From the IMG/VR virus record IMGVR_UViG_2728369554_000009, positions 1 to 40,186 of that record: a stretch of DNA of 40,186 nt. One strand, given 5' to 3'. Positions 28,875 through 36,600 of the stretch are shown here, in pieces (the stretch's first letter is position 1; each line of letters starts with the position of its first letter). The position numbers and the translations under genes are program-made. The stretch comes from a virus (Duplodnaviria; Heunggongvirae; Uroviricota; Caudoviricetes). The notes beneath the pieces are model-generated. The model was not told the DNA's origin, ran no database searches, and saw only the letters and a program-made list of their open reading frames with translations.

Positions 28875-29402
28875 TCAATGGCTGTTTATGGCTTCTAAAG
28901 AAGCTTCTGCACTTATCGGCAAAGCAATAGTATCCTTGTTAGATGTGCTATTGCTTTCCAGAACTATGGAAATCCAATCCTCTTGGTTTTCATTAATTGT
29001 GCTGACAGCCATGATAGCATTCAAATCATTTTTATATATTTCTGATCGAATAAGACCTTTCCTGAATAATTTAGTTAAGTTTTCAGCTATCGACATCGCA
29101 CGAATGCTAACTTTACTAAGCTCAATTGCGTCACTACCTGCGACTTTGGCGTGTTGAGAAAGAGCCATCAAAGCTATATGTGAAAATGTTTCTTCTTTTG
29201 AAAAACCGTTACTTAAAGACATGAGTGATACACCAGCTCCGTATGGGGTGAGTTTATATCCTGATACATTCAGTGCATGCTCTACAAAGGTAAGATCATC
29301 AGTTGTAGAAACATGCATATCGTTACTTTTTTGTTTTTTTGCAATAAATAAAAAAACAAAATTAATAATCACGATGCCGACGATGATTAAGAAAACTTCC
29401 AT
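28875..29402 (-). CDS. single-pass membrane protein, superinfection-exclusion/abortive-infection candidate
   Basis: 175 aa with N-terminal TM 'VFLIIVGIVIINFVFLFIA'. AT-rich. Own operator-bearing promoter and AGGA SD. Confidence 0.5.
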   Translation of the reverse strand: MEVFLIIVGIVIINFVFLFIAKKQKSNDMHVSTTDDLTFVEHALNVSGYKLTPYGAGVSLMSLSNGFSKEETFSHIALMALSQHAKVAGSDAIELSKVSIRAMSIAENLTKLFRKGLIRSEIYKNDLNAIMAVSTINENQEDWISIVLESNSTSNKDTIALPISAEASLEAINSH

Positions 29403-29422
29403 TGCTTTTCCTCACAATAACA

Positions 29423-29437
29423 TTACCTTAAAGGTAA
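29423..29437. promoter_or_regulatory. operator TTACCTTAAAGGTAA
   Basis: Perfect palindrome upstream of the membrane-protein gene. Confidence 0.6.
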
Positions 29438-29462
29438 TATTTTGTGCTAATGTGATCAAGTG

Positions 29463-29861
29463 TTAAGTGTATACCTCCTGCTGTTCAGTCGTGATTTTAC
29501 CCGGCAACACCTTTTTAGCTTTGCGCGGGTTAACCACATGGCCTTTAGTCCAGTACTCGTAGAGCACATCATCACACTCTTCCTGATACTGGATTACCTT
29601 ATCGCGGATTTCAGGGCGGACTTTGTTTGGACTGATGCTGTTCAACCAAGCTGCCAATTTTCGTAAAGCCATACAAATCATGGCTTGCACCCCTCCGGCA
29701 GAAGGTATGGTGATTTCCACCATACCCTTCGAGAAGCGTTGAGAAATCTTCTTATGTTGAGATTTCCAGTCTAGACCCATTCCCTCAACGATAGGTTTCA
29801 TTGGGGTGTACGGTTCGCCGTTGTGATTGACAACATAAAGTTCTACGCCGTGGAATGGCAC
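29463..29861 (-). CDS. Rha/KilA-N (ORF6N)-like antirepressor-family protein
   Basis: 132 aa from GTG. 'GVELYVVNHNGEPYTPMKPIVEGMGLDWKSQ..AMICMALRKLAAWLN'. Weak RBS. Confidence 0.45.
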   Translation of the reverse strand: MPFHGVELYVVNHNGEPYTPMKPIVEGMGLDWKSQHKKISQRFSKGMVEITIPSAGGVQAMICMALRKLAAWLNSISPNKVRPEIRDKVIQYQEECDDVLYEYWTKGHVVNPRKAKKVLPGKITTEQQEVYT

Positions 29862-30008
29862 GTTGATAGTAGTGACAAGTTTGAAACATCGCTGGTTGTA
29901 AGCCAGCAGATGCTCGTTATTTTACATCGCGGTACAATTTCTCGCTGGTGGCTCTTTTATACACCTTAACCAAATATGGTTGATTTTGATATTTATCTTC
30001 GTCTATTA

Positions 30009-30023
30009 TTACCTTTTCGGTAA
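30009..30023. promoter_or_regulatory. operator TTACCTTTTCGGTAA fused to -10 TATTAT (module A promoter)
   Basis: TTGATT-N18-TATTAT|TACC. Confidence 0.65.
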
Positions 30024-30290
30024 ATTTACATCGCACTCCTCTTGTGCCATAGTAATCGGGCACTGGCAAAATCCAGTGCCGGGATTGGTCTCCCGGATTA
30101 CTACAGAGGCACATATGCCGCATAAGCGGTTTTTTTATGTGTAAAGCGCACCTATTCTATGGTGGGCTGTGTGGGGGCACCGAAAGGTGCGCCGGGTTCC
30201 TTTGTAGCCGGTAAGACCAACTCTGCACAGTTCACCACCATCTGATTGGTCTCAGCGGTGGTGATTAACCTAACTACAAAGGTGATCGCC
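30024..30290 (+). ncRNA. conserved structured 5' leader of antirepressor A (hairpins plus internal terminator 30118..30136)
   Basis: First 95 nt are identical to the inverted copy at 33197..33103. Hairpins 30059..30080 and CCGGGA-ttggtc-TCCCGG 30079..30096. CCGC-ataa-GCGG followed by 7 T. GNRA hairpin GCACC-gaaa-GGTGC with a compensatory variant in copy B. 8-bp stem TCACCACC/GGTGGTGA. Confidence 0.5.
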
Positions 30291-30983
30291 ATGAATACCA
30301 AACCTTCCATCTTTTCCTTTGAGTCATCCTGCCAGATCCGTATGTTCATGATTGACGGAGAACCTTGGTTTGTCACCAAAGATGTGTGCAATGCTTTGAA
30401 TATTGATGTTACACAAGCGAGAAAACTTGATAAAAAAGGCTGGAACAAAAAGGGGCTGTATTCAATACAGACCCCTGGTGGAATACAAGAACTATCCATC
30501 GTTTCAGAATCAGGTCTCTACATCCTTATTCTGCGTTGCAAAGAGGCAATGACTGAGGGAACGAGAGCATTCAGATTTCTTGAATGGGTTACAGGTGAGG
30601 TTCTTCCTCAGATCCGCCGCACCGGAAGTTACATTAAAAACTCGCTCCCGCAGGAAGAACGCATAAAGATGGTTGCCGACCAGGTAGCCAACGCCACGGC
30701 GTCAGCAGTAATGCAGGCGATGAAGATAGAGAACAAAACCTACAGTGCCCCGCTGAAGCCCGGCTACCGCAGCCTGATTCATTCTCCGTCTGGTGTTCTC
30801 GGCCTGACGGAGAACTCACTGCTGATGAATCTGCTGAACCAGTTACAGGAAGACGGGCACGATGTATCGGGCGCGGCGGCGGAGCTGACCACCATGTTCT
30901 GCTACATCGTCGGTGTGAGCAAATGCCTGCGTGATATCCAGACGCACGCGGAATACATCAACGACAAGGCAGGGTTCTTCTGA
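30291..30983 (+). CDS. antirepressor A: Bro-N domain plus shared antirepressor C-terminal domain
   Basis: 'MIDGEPWFVTKDVCNALNI..ELSIVSESGLYILILRC' is Bro-N. The C-terminal 85 aa is nearly identical to the C-terminus of gene 32255..32911. SD AAGGTGA. Confidence 0.7.
   Translation: MNTKPSIFSFESSCQIRMFMIDGEPWFVTKDVCNALNIDVTQARKLDKKGWNKKGLYSIQTPGGIQELSIVSESGLYILILRCKEAMTEGTRAFRFLEWVTGEVLPQIRRTGSYIKNSLPQEERIKMVADQVANATASAVMQAMKIENKTYSAPLKPGYRSLIHSPSGVLGLTENSLLMNLLNQLQEDGHDVSGAAAELTTMFCYIVGVSKCLRDIQTHAEYINDKAGFF
30742..30983. repeat. inverted repeat arm 1, about 97% identical to rc(32255..32496)
   Basis: Direct comparison of both strands. Encodes the shared antirepressor C-domain. Confidence 0.8.
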
Positions 30984-31020
30984 CAGAACGGCGGCACAGG
31001 GACGTGCAAAACGAAACTAG

Positions 31021-31032
31021 CGTGACATGTCA
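31021..31032. promoter_or_regulatory. 12-bp palindrome GTGACATGTCAC (copy 3)
   Basis: Read in the sequence. Confidence 0.5.
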
Positions 31033-31057
31033 CAGGCCGCTTTCGCGGCCTTGTTTT
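31033..31057 (+). terminator. intrinsic terminator after antirepressor A
   Basis: AGGCCGC-tttc-GCGGCCT followed by TGTTTTT. Confidence 0.65.
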
Positions 31058-31218
31058 TAACGAATGCCACCGCCACCCGGGCGGGAATCCGCAGAACGCC
31101 CACCGCAGCGGGAGCCGTCAGCAGCAGTGTCGCTGTCGTGCTGACAACGACCGGCAAAGGCCTGAGTTGAAGCTACCAGAGACAACAAAACGAACAGTGC
31201 AGCAAATGCTTTTTTCAT
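31057..31218 (-). CDS. small secreted Cys-containing peptide (signal peptide MKKAFAALFVLLSLVASTQAFA)
   Basis: 53 aa from the internal ATG of the 77-aa ORF. Predicted mature part is about 31 aa with 2 Cys. Confidence 0.4.
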   Translation of the reverse strand: MKKAFAALFVLLSLVASTQAFAGRCQHDSDTAADGSRCGGRSADSRPGGGGIR

Positions 31219-31299
31219 TGTGAAATTTCCATCTATAAACCACCTCAATGTGGCGTCAATGAGTGTAGCACTGACTTTTGTTTCGTCCATAAAAAACTA

Positions 31300-31812
31300 C
31301 TATGCAGGCTTTTTGGATTTGTACGAATAATCCCACGGATAAACATTTCTACTAAGTGGAGCTGTATTCGTTCGTTCATGAAATAATTTTGTGAAATTCA
31401 ATACGGAATCCATCCAAACTTTTGCGTTAGCTTTGGTGTGTGCGGGCGGGTCCCAATAAGCTAGTAAGGCTGCATCTCTTATTTCATTGACTGCATATAT
31501 GAGATATGCGTTACTGGTTGGTTTTGGCCTGTAATTTCCTTGTTCATCAATCAATCCATATGACCACTCATCCCAACACTGTTCAGTACATGAGTATGAA
31601 TATGATGCATATTCACCAATATTGACATGAACCTTTCTGAGATGGAAGCCTAATACTTCCTCTGGTCTTTCAAAAAGAGTATCTTTTCCCAGATCAGGAT
31701 GATGACCATGACGCCAGTGTTGTTTAAAAGCATCTTTTAGCGAAATCAGAAAGTCATCAGTTTTAAACTCACCAGTAGGTATAACCTTCCCGCTATACTC
31801 ACTCAAAAACAT
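31300..31812 (-). CDS. YafO-family toxin-like protein with N-terminal extension
   Basis: 'FHLRKVHVNIG' and 'AYLIYAVNE..AALLAYWDPPAH' align to E. coli YafO 'FERVAHIHLA' and 'AHLVYCQG..AWLLIAILKPEPH' (recalled from memory). SD GGAAGAGGA. 14-nt overlap with the upstream gene. Confidence 0.55.
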   Translation of the reverse strand: MFLSEYSGKVIPTGEFKTDDFLISLKDAFKQHWRHGHHPDLGKDTLFERPEEVLGFHLRKVHVNIGEYASYSYSCTEQCWDEWSYGLIDEQGNYRPKPTSNAYLIYAVNEIRDAALLAYWDPPAHTKANAKVWMDSVLNFTKLFHERTNTAPLSRNVYPWDYSYKSKKPA

Positions 31813-32125
31813 CGAATTCCTCTTCCTTCATATGCGTTTCTAATGAGTTAAGCTGGCGGAAAGATATCTCTTTTGATTCTGCAGATGAGAGCTTTTTTAT
31901 CCGCTTTATATTCTTTGTGATAGGAATAGACATTGTATGCACATCAGCGGATGCTCTTGGCTTTGTGCTGATAAAAATATGGCGCAATGCCGCATTTTCA
32001 CTATTGAACGAGCCAATAGCTGATTTACGTGCTACAACCTTACCAGTAAAAATACGACTCTTGCTACGCTTTGCATGAGTTCCGCTTCTTACCGGACCTC
32101 TCATCACGAATCCAAGTTTTGTCAT
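31799..32125 (-). CDS. basic 108-aa partner protein (candidate non-canonical antitoxin)
   Basis: SD GGAG 8 nt before ATG 32125. Acidic C-terminus. No similarity to Phd/YefM-type YafN. Confidence 0.45.
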   Translation of the reverse strand: MTKLGFVMRGPVRSGTHAKRSKSRIFTGKVVARKSAIGSFNSENAALRHIFISTKPRASADVHTMSIPITKNIKRIKKLSSAESKEISFRQLNSLETHMKEEEFDVFE

Positions 32126-32167
32126 CTTTAATCTCCGGTAAGTTACAGGTATAAAATAAAAACAGGT

Positions 32168-32182
32168 TTACCTTTAAGGTAA
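32168..32182. promoter_or_regulatory. operator TTACCTTTAAGGTAA overlapping -10 of TA-like operon promoter
   Basis: Minus strand: TTGCAG-N17-TACTAT|TACC. Confidence 0.65.
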
Positions 32183-32254
32183 TAGTACGCTATTCACCCC
32201 CGGTCTGCAATCTGTACAGAATTATTTAAAGGCACATCCCTGTGCCACCGCCCG

Positions 32255-32496
32255 TCAGAAGAACCCTGCCTTGTCGTTGATGTACTCCGCGTGGGTCTGG
32301 ATATCACGCAGGCATTTGCTCACACCGACGATGTAGCAGAACATGGTGGTCAGCTCCGCCGCCGCGCCCGATACGTCGTGCCCGTCGTCCTGTAACTGGT
32401 TCAGCAGATTCATCAGCAGTGAGTTCTCCGTCAGGCCGAGAACACCAGACGGCGAATGAATCAGGCTGCGGTAGCCGGGCTTCAGTGGGGCGCTGT
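32255..32496. repeat. inverted repeat arm 2
   Basis: As above. The arms flank about 1.27 kb containing the secreted peptide and the YafO-like pair. Confidence 0.8.
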
Positions 32497-32911
32497 ATTC
32501 TTTTTTGTCTTCCAGCTTGATCGCCTCCATTATGGCGGGCATGAAGCCTGACAAGACCTTCTCCACTTTTGTTTCTTGTTGTCTTAAACGTTTCTCGCAT
32601 TCAATGAAGTAGCGTCGCACCTGGCGACCTTTTTCGTTACGCTCGACCATCGCCAGCTCTTTGGCTGTATCAAGGGTGAGGTGGTACTCTTTGCGGTTGT
32701 GGCCGCCTCTACCAGATGTTTGCTTTCCCAAATTGGAAAGCAAAATATAGTCTTGATTTTCAATGAATTCGTATTCTGATATGCGATTTGTAATCCATGC
32801 TGCAAACACCTTTTTAACACCTAAAAAAGCGTGCAGATCGCGGGCATTACAAAGTAGGGCTGTTTCGTTAGATATAGTGCCGTTGAATACGGGGATGAGT
32901 TGAGCGTTCAT
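32255..32911 (-). CDS. antirepressor B: AntA/KilA-N-type N-domain plus shared antirepressor C-terminal domain
   Basis: '[29 protein letters not shown]' N-domain. C-terminal 85 aa is about 97% identical to antirepressor A. Confidence 0.7.
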   Translation of the reverse strand: MNAQLIPVFNGTISNETALLCNARDLHAFLGVKKVFAAWITNRISEYEFIENQDYILLSNLGKQTSGRGGHNRKEYHLTLDTAKELAMVERNEKGRQVRRYFIECEKRLRQQETKVEKVLSGFMPAIMEAIKLEDKKEYSAPLKPGYRSLIHSPSGVLGLTENSLLMNLLNQLQDDGHDVSGAAAELTTMFCYIVGVSKCLRDIQTHAEYINDKAGFF

Positions 32912-33182
32912 GATGGCGTCTCCACTTAGCGAATTACATCACCACCGCTGAGACCAATCAGATGGTGGTGAACTGAACGGAGTTGGTCTTACCGGCCTAA
33001 GTGGTACCGGCGTCCTTTCGGACCCCCATTCAGCCCACCATAATTCTGGCATGACTGTGCTATACGCATAAAAAAACCACGTCTGGCGTGGTATGCGCCA
33101 CTTAGTAATCCGGGAGACCAATCCCGGCACTGGATTTTGCCAGTGCCCGATTACTATGGCACAAGAGGAGTGCGATGTAAAT
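32912..33182 (-). ncRNA. conserved structured 5' leader of antirepressor B (inverted paralogue of 30024..30290; internal terminator at 33070..33092)
   Basis: ACCACG-ccaga-CGTGGT followed by 7 U. The stem is retained despite sequence divergence from copy A. Confidence 0.5.
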
Positions 33183-33197
33183 TTACCGAAAAGGTAA
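33183..33197. promoter_or_regulatory. operator TTACCGAAAAGGTAA (module B promoter: minus strand TTGCAA-N17-TATATT|TACC)
   Basis: Perfect palindrome. Confidence 0.65.
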
Positions 33198-33228
33198 ATA
33201 TAAGCACTCCACTTGGTAATTGCAAACC

Positions 33229-33486
33229 TTATCTGGTTTGTTTTCGTAATTGTTCGGCACAATAGTCGAGATGTGTTTGCAGATCCTGCATAGACATCTG
33301 TGAGCTGGTGACGTAGTTAATCAGTGCAGTCAGTTCGGCAAGTGGGCCATCGACATTAAATCCATCCTTATCGAGATCCCGGAGTAATTTCATCAAGTGC
33401 GATCCCTCCACCAGTGACCTGACGCCTCCCGGCGTGTGAATCCTTTCGGTAAATCCGTCTTCCAGTGGATAGTGATACTGCTGCAT
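33229..33486 (-). CDS. stand-alone antirepressor C-terminal-domain protein (85 aa), LexA-controlled
   Basis: 'PLEDGFTERIHTPGGVRSLVEGSHLMKLL..DGFNVDGPLAELT..DLQTHLDY' parallels the shared C-domain '[50 protein letters not shown]'. SD GGAG. LexA box 22 nt upstream of the ATG. Confidence 0.55.
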   Translation of the reverse strand: MQQYHYPLEDGFTERIHTPGGVRSLVEGSHLMKLLRDLDKDGFNVDGPLAELTALINYVTSSQMSMQDLQTHLDYCAEQLRKQTR

Positions 33487-33507
33487 CTTATCTTCTCCAT
33501 GCAATAA

Positions 33508-33523
33508 CTGTATATTTATACAG
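33508..33523. promoter_or_regulatory. LexA (SOS) box CTGTATATTTATACAG
   Basis: Exact CTGT-N8(AT-rich)-ACAG 16-mer. Overlaps the TATAAA -10 candidate of the minus-strand gene. Confidence 0.7.
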
Positions 33524-33562
33524 TAGCAAATAATTTGTTTGCTATCCAGCACGTTTTGCAAA

Positions 33563-33577
33563 TTACCTGAAAGGTAA
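33563..33577. promoter_or_regulatory. operator TTACCTGAAAGGTAA in spacer of tailspike promoter
   Basis: TTGCAA-[operator]-TATCTA. Confidence 0.6.
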
Positions 33578-33681
33578 TATCTATTCGTATTTACAGCCTT
33601 TCTATCCATATGTGGTTTTCCAGGTAATAGAATAACCAGATATGCGGCGCAACGGGTGCTGCGACTATCTGGAGATTTAAC

Positions 33682-36600
33682 ATGACGGTCTCAACCGAAG
33701 TTGACCACAACGAATACACCGGTAACGGCGTTACGACATCGTTTCCGTATACTTTTCGAATTTTCAGAAAATCAGACCTGGTTGTTCAGGTGTCTGACCT
33801 GAACGGAAACGTAACAGAATTGGTTCTGGATACCGGTTATACGGTAACTGGGGCGGGCACTTATAGTGGCGGTTCTGTGGTTCTTCCGTCTCCGCTTGCT
33901 ACTGGATGGCGAATTACGATAGATCGTGTGCTTGATGTAGTGCAGGAGACAGACCTTCGCAATCAGGGAAAATTTTTCCCCGAAGTGCATGAAGATGCCT
34001 TTGACTACCTGACGATGCTGATCCAGCAATGTTTTGGGTGGTTCAGACGTGCATTGATGAAACCATCTTTGCTTGCAAAATATTACGATGCAAAGCAAAA
34101 CAAAATTTCTAACCTTGCAGATCCATCATTTGAGCAGGACGCTGTAAATAATCGCTCAATGCGTAATTATGTCGATGCTGCAATCGCCGGGGTTGTTGGT
34201 GGTTTTGGTTGGTTTATTCAGTATGGTTCTGGGGCTGTGTACCGAACGTTCCAGGATAAAATGCGTGATGCTATTAGCCCCAAAGATTTTGGAGCTGTTG
34301 GTGATGGTATAAATGACGATTCCACTGCAATAAGCGCGTGCCTTGAAGCCTCATCTCCAGGTTATAAAATTGACGGATTAGGGCTTACTTTTAAAGTATC
34401 AACTCTTCCGGATGTCAGTCGATTTAAAAATGCTCGTTTTTTATTTGAGAGAATACCGGGCCAGCCTCTTTTTTATGCTTCTGAAGATTTTATCCAGGGA
34501 GAGTTATTTAAAATTACAGATACACCGTGGTACAACGCCTGGACGCAGGATAAAACGTTTGTATATGACAATGTCATCTATGCGCCTTTTATGGCTGGAG
34601 ACCGCCATGGTGTAAATAACCTCCATGTTGCATGGGTTCGCTCAGGAGATGACGGGAAGACCTGGACAACGCCGGAATGGCTTACAGATTTACATGAAAA
34701 CTATCCCACAGTTAACTATCACTGCATGAGTATGGGGGTTGTCAGAAATCGCCTTTTTGCTGTAATTGAGACGCGGACCGTGAGCGGAAATAAACTGCAG
34801 GTTGCAGAGTTGTGGGATCGCCCAATGAGTCGCAGCCTTCGCGTTTATGGTGGTATAACGAAAGCAGCAAATCAGCAAGTCGCTTATATTCGCATTACTG
34901 ATCACGGATTATTTGCTGGTGATTTTGTCAACTTCTCAAACTCTGGTGTTACAGGTGTTACCGGGAATATGACGGTGACTACTGTTATTGATAAAAATAC
35001 TTTTACAGTTACGACGCAAAATACCCAGGATGTGGATCAGAATAACGAGGGTAGATACTGGAGTTTTGGTACATCATTTCACTCGTCACCATGGAGAAAA
35101 ACCAGTCTTGGAACTATTCCTTCTTTTGTTGACGGAAGCACTCCTGTTACTGAGATTCACAGTTTTGCGACGATTAGCGATAACAGTTTTGCTGTTGGCT
35201 ACCATAATGGTGATATTGGTCCACGCGAGCTTGGGATACTCTATTTCTCTGATGCTTTCGGTTCTCCTGGTAGCTTTATTCGCAGACGCATACCTGCAGA
35301 ATATGAGGCGAATGCATCTGAGCCATGTGTAAAATATTATGATGGCATTCTGTATCTGACGACCAGGGGGACATTAAGTACTCAACCCGGTAGTTCATTG
35401 CACAGAAGCTCTGATTTAGGTACATCATGGAATTCTCTTCGCTTCCCAAATAATGTTCATCACTCAAACCTTCCTTTTGCCAAAGTTGGCGATGAGCTGA
35501 TTATTTTTGGCAGTGAGCGCGCATTTGGTGAGTGGGAAGGAGGAGAACCTGATAACCGTTATGCAGGAAATTATCCAAGAACATTTATGACCAGAGTTAA
35601 CGTCAATGAGTGGAGTCTGGATAATGTAGAGTGGGTTAATGTTACTGATCAGATTTATCAGGGCGGAATAGTTAACTCTGCGGTTGGTGTTGGTTCAGTT
35701 TGTATCAAAGACAACTGGCTGTACTACATTTTCGGTGGGGAAGACTTTCTAAACCCATGGAGCATAGGGGATAACAACAGAAAATATCCTTATGTTCACG
35801 ATGGTCACCCGGCTGATTTATATTGTTTCAGGGTGAAAATCAAACAGGAAGAATTTGTTTCAAGGGATTTTGTCTACGGAGCCACTCCTAACAGAACGCT
35901 TCCTACTTTTATGTCGACGTCAGGCGTGAGGACGGTTCCTGTACCCGTTGATTTCACAGATGATGTTGCCGTCCAGTCACTGACTGTCCATGCAGGTACA
36001 TCAGGACAAGTTCGCGCGGAAGTCAAACTTGAGGGTAATTACGCCATTATTGCGAAGAAAGTACCGTCTGATGATGTTACCGCTCAGAGATTAATCGTTA
36101 GCGGCGGTGAAACAACGTCTTCAGCAGATGGTGCAATGATAACGTTGCATGGTTCCGGAAGCAGTACTCCACGTCGCGCGGTATATAACGCACTCGAACA
36201 TCTTTTTGAGAACGGAGATGTTAAACCTTATCTTGATAATGTAAATGCTCTTGGTGGTCCGGGAAACAGGTTCTCGACAGTTTATCTTGGCTCCAATCCT
36301 GTGGTTACCAGTGACGGAACATTAAAGACAGAGCCGGTCTCTCCTGACGAAGCATTGCTGGATGCCTGGGGTGACGTCAGGTATATCGCTTATAAATGGC
36401 TGAACGCTGTCGCTATAAAGGGGGAAGAAGGGGCGAGGATACATCATGGTGTAATCGCGCAGCAACTTCGTGATGTTCTTATTTCTCACGGACTCATGGA
36501 AGAAGAAAGCACAACATGCCGCTATGCCTTTCTTTGCTATGACGATTATCCCGCAGTATATGATGACGTCATTACTGGCCAAAGGGAAATGCCGCTGACT

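Noticed and set aside
29917-30123. 68-aa minus-strand ORF overlapping the module A leader
   Set aside because: The equivalent region of the inverted copy B diverges by an indel after 3 codons (MRH..), so the reading frame is not conserved. The region is better explained as non-coding leader.
32203-32217. LexA-like CTGCAATCTGTACAG near the YafO-like operon promoter
   Set aside because: Spacing is 15 nt rather than 16, and the first half is CTGC, not CTGT. Does not fit the LexA box geometry.
32939-33262. 107-aa minus-strand ORF spanning the module B leader
   Set aside because: Lies inside the conserved leader RNA and promoter, and has no counterpart ORF in copy A.
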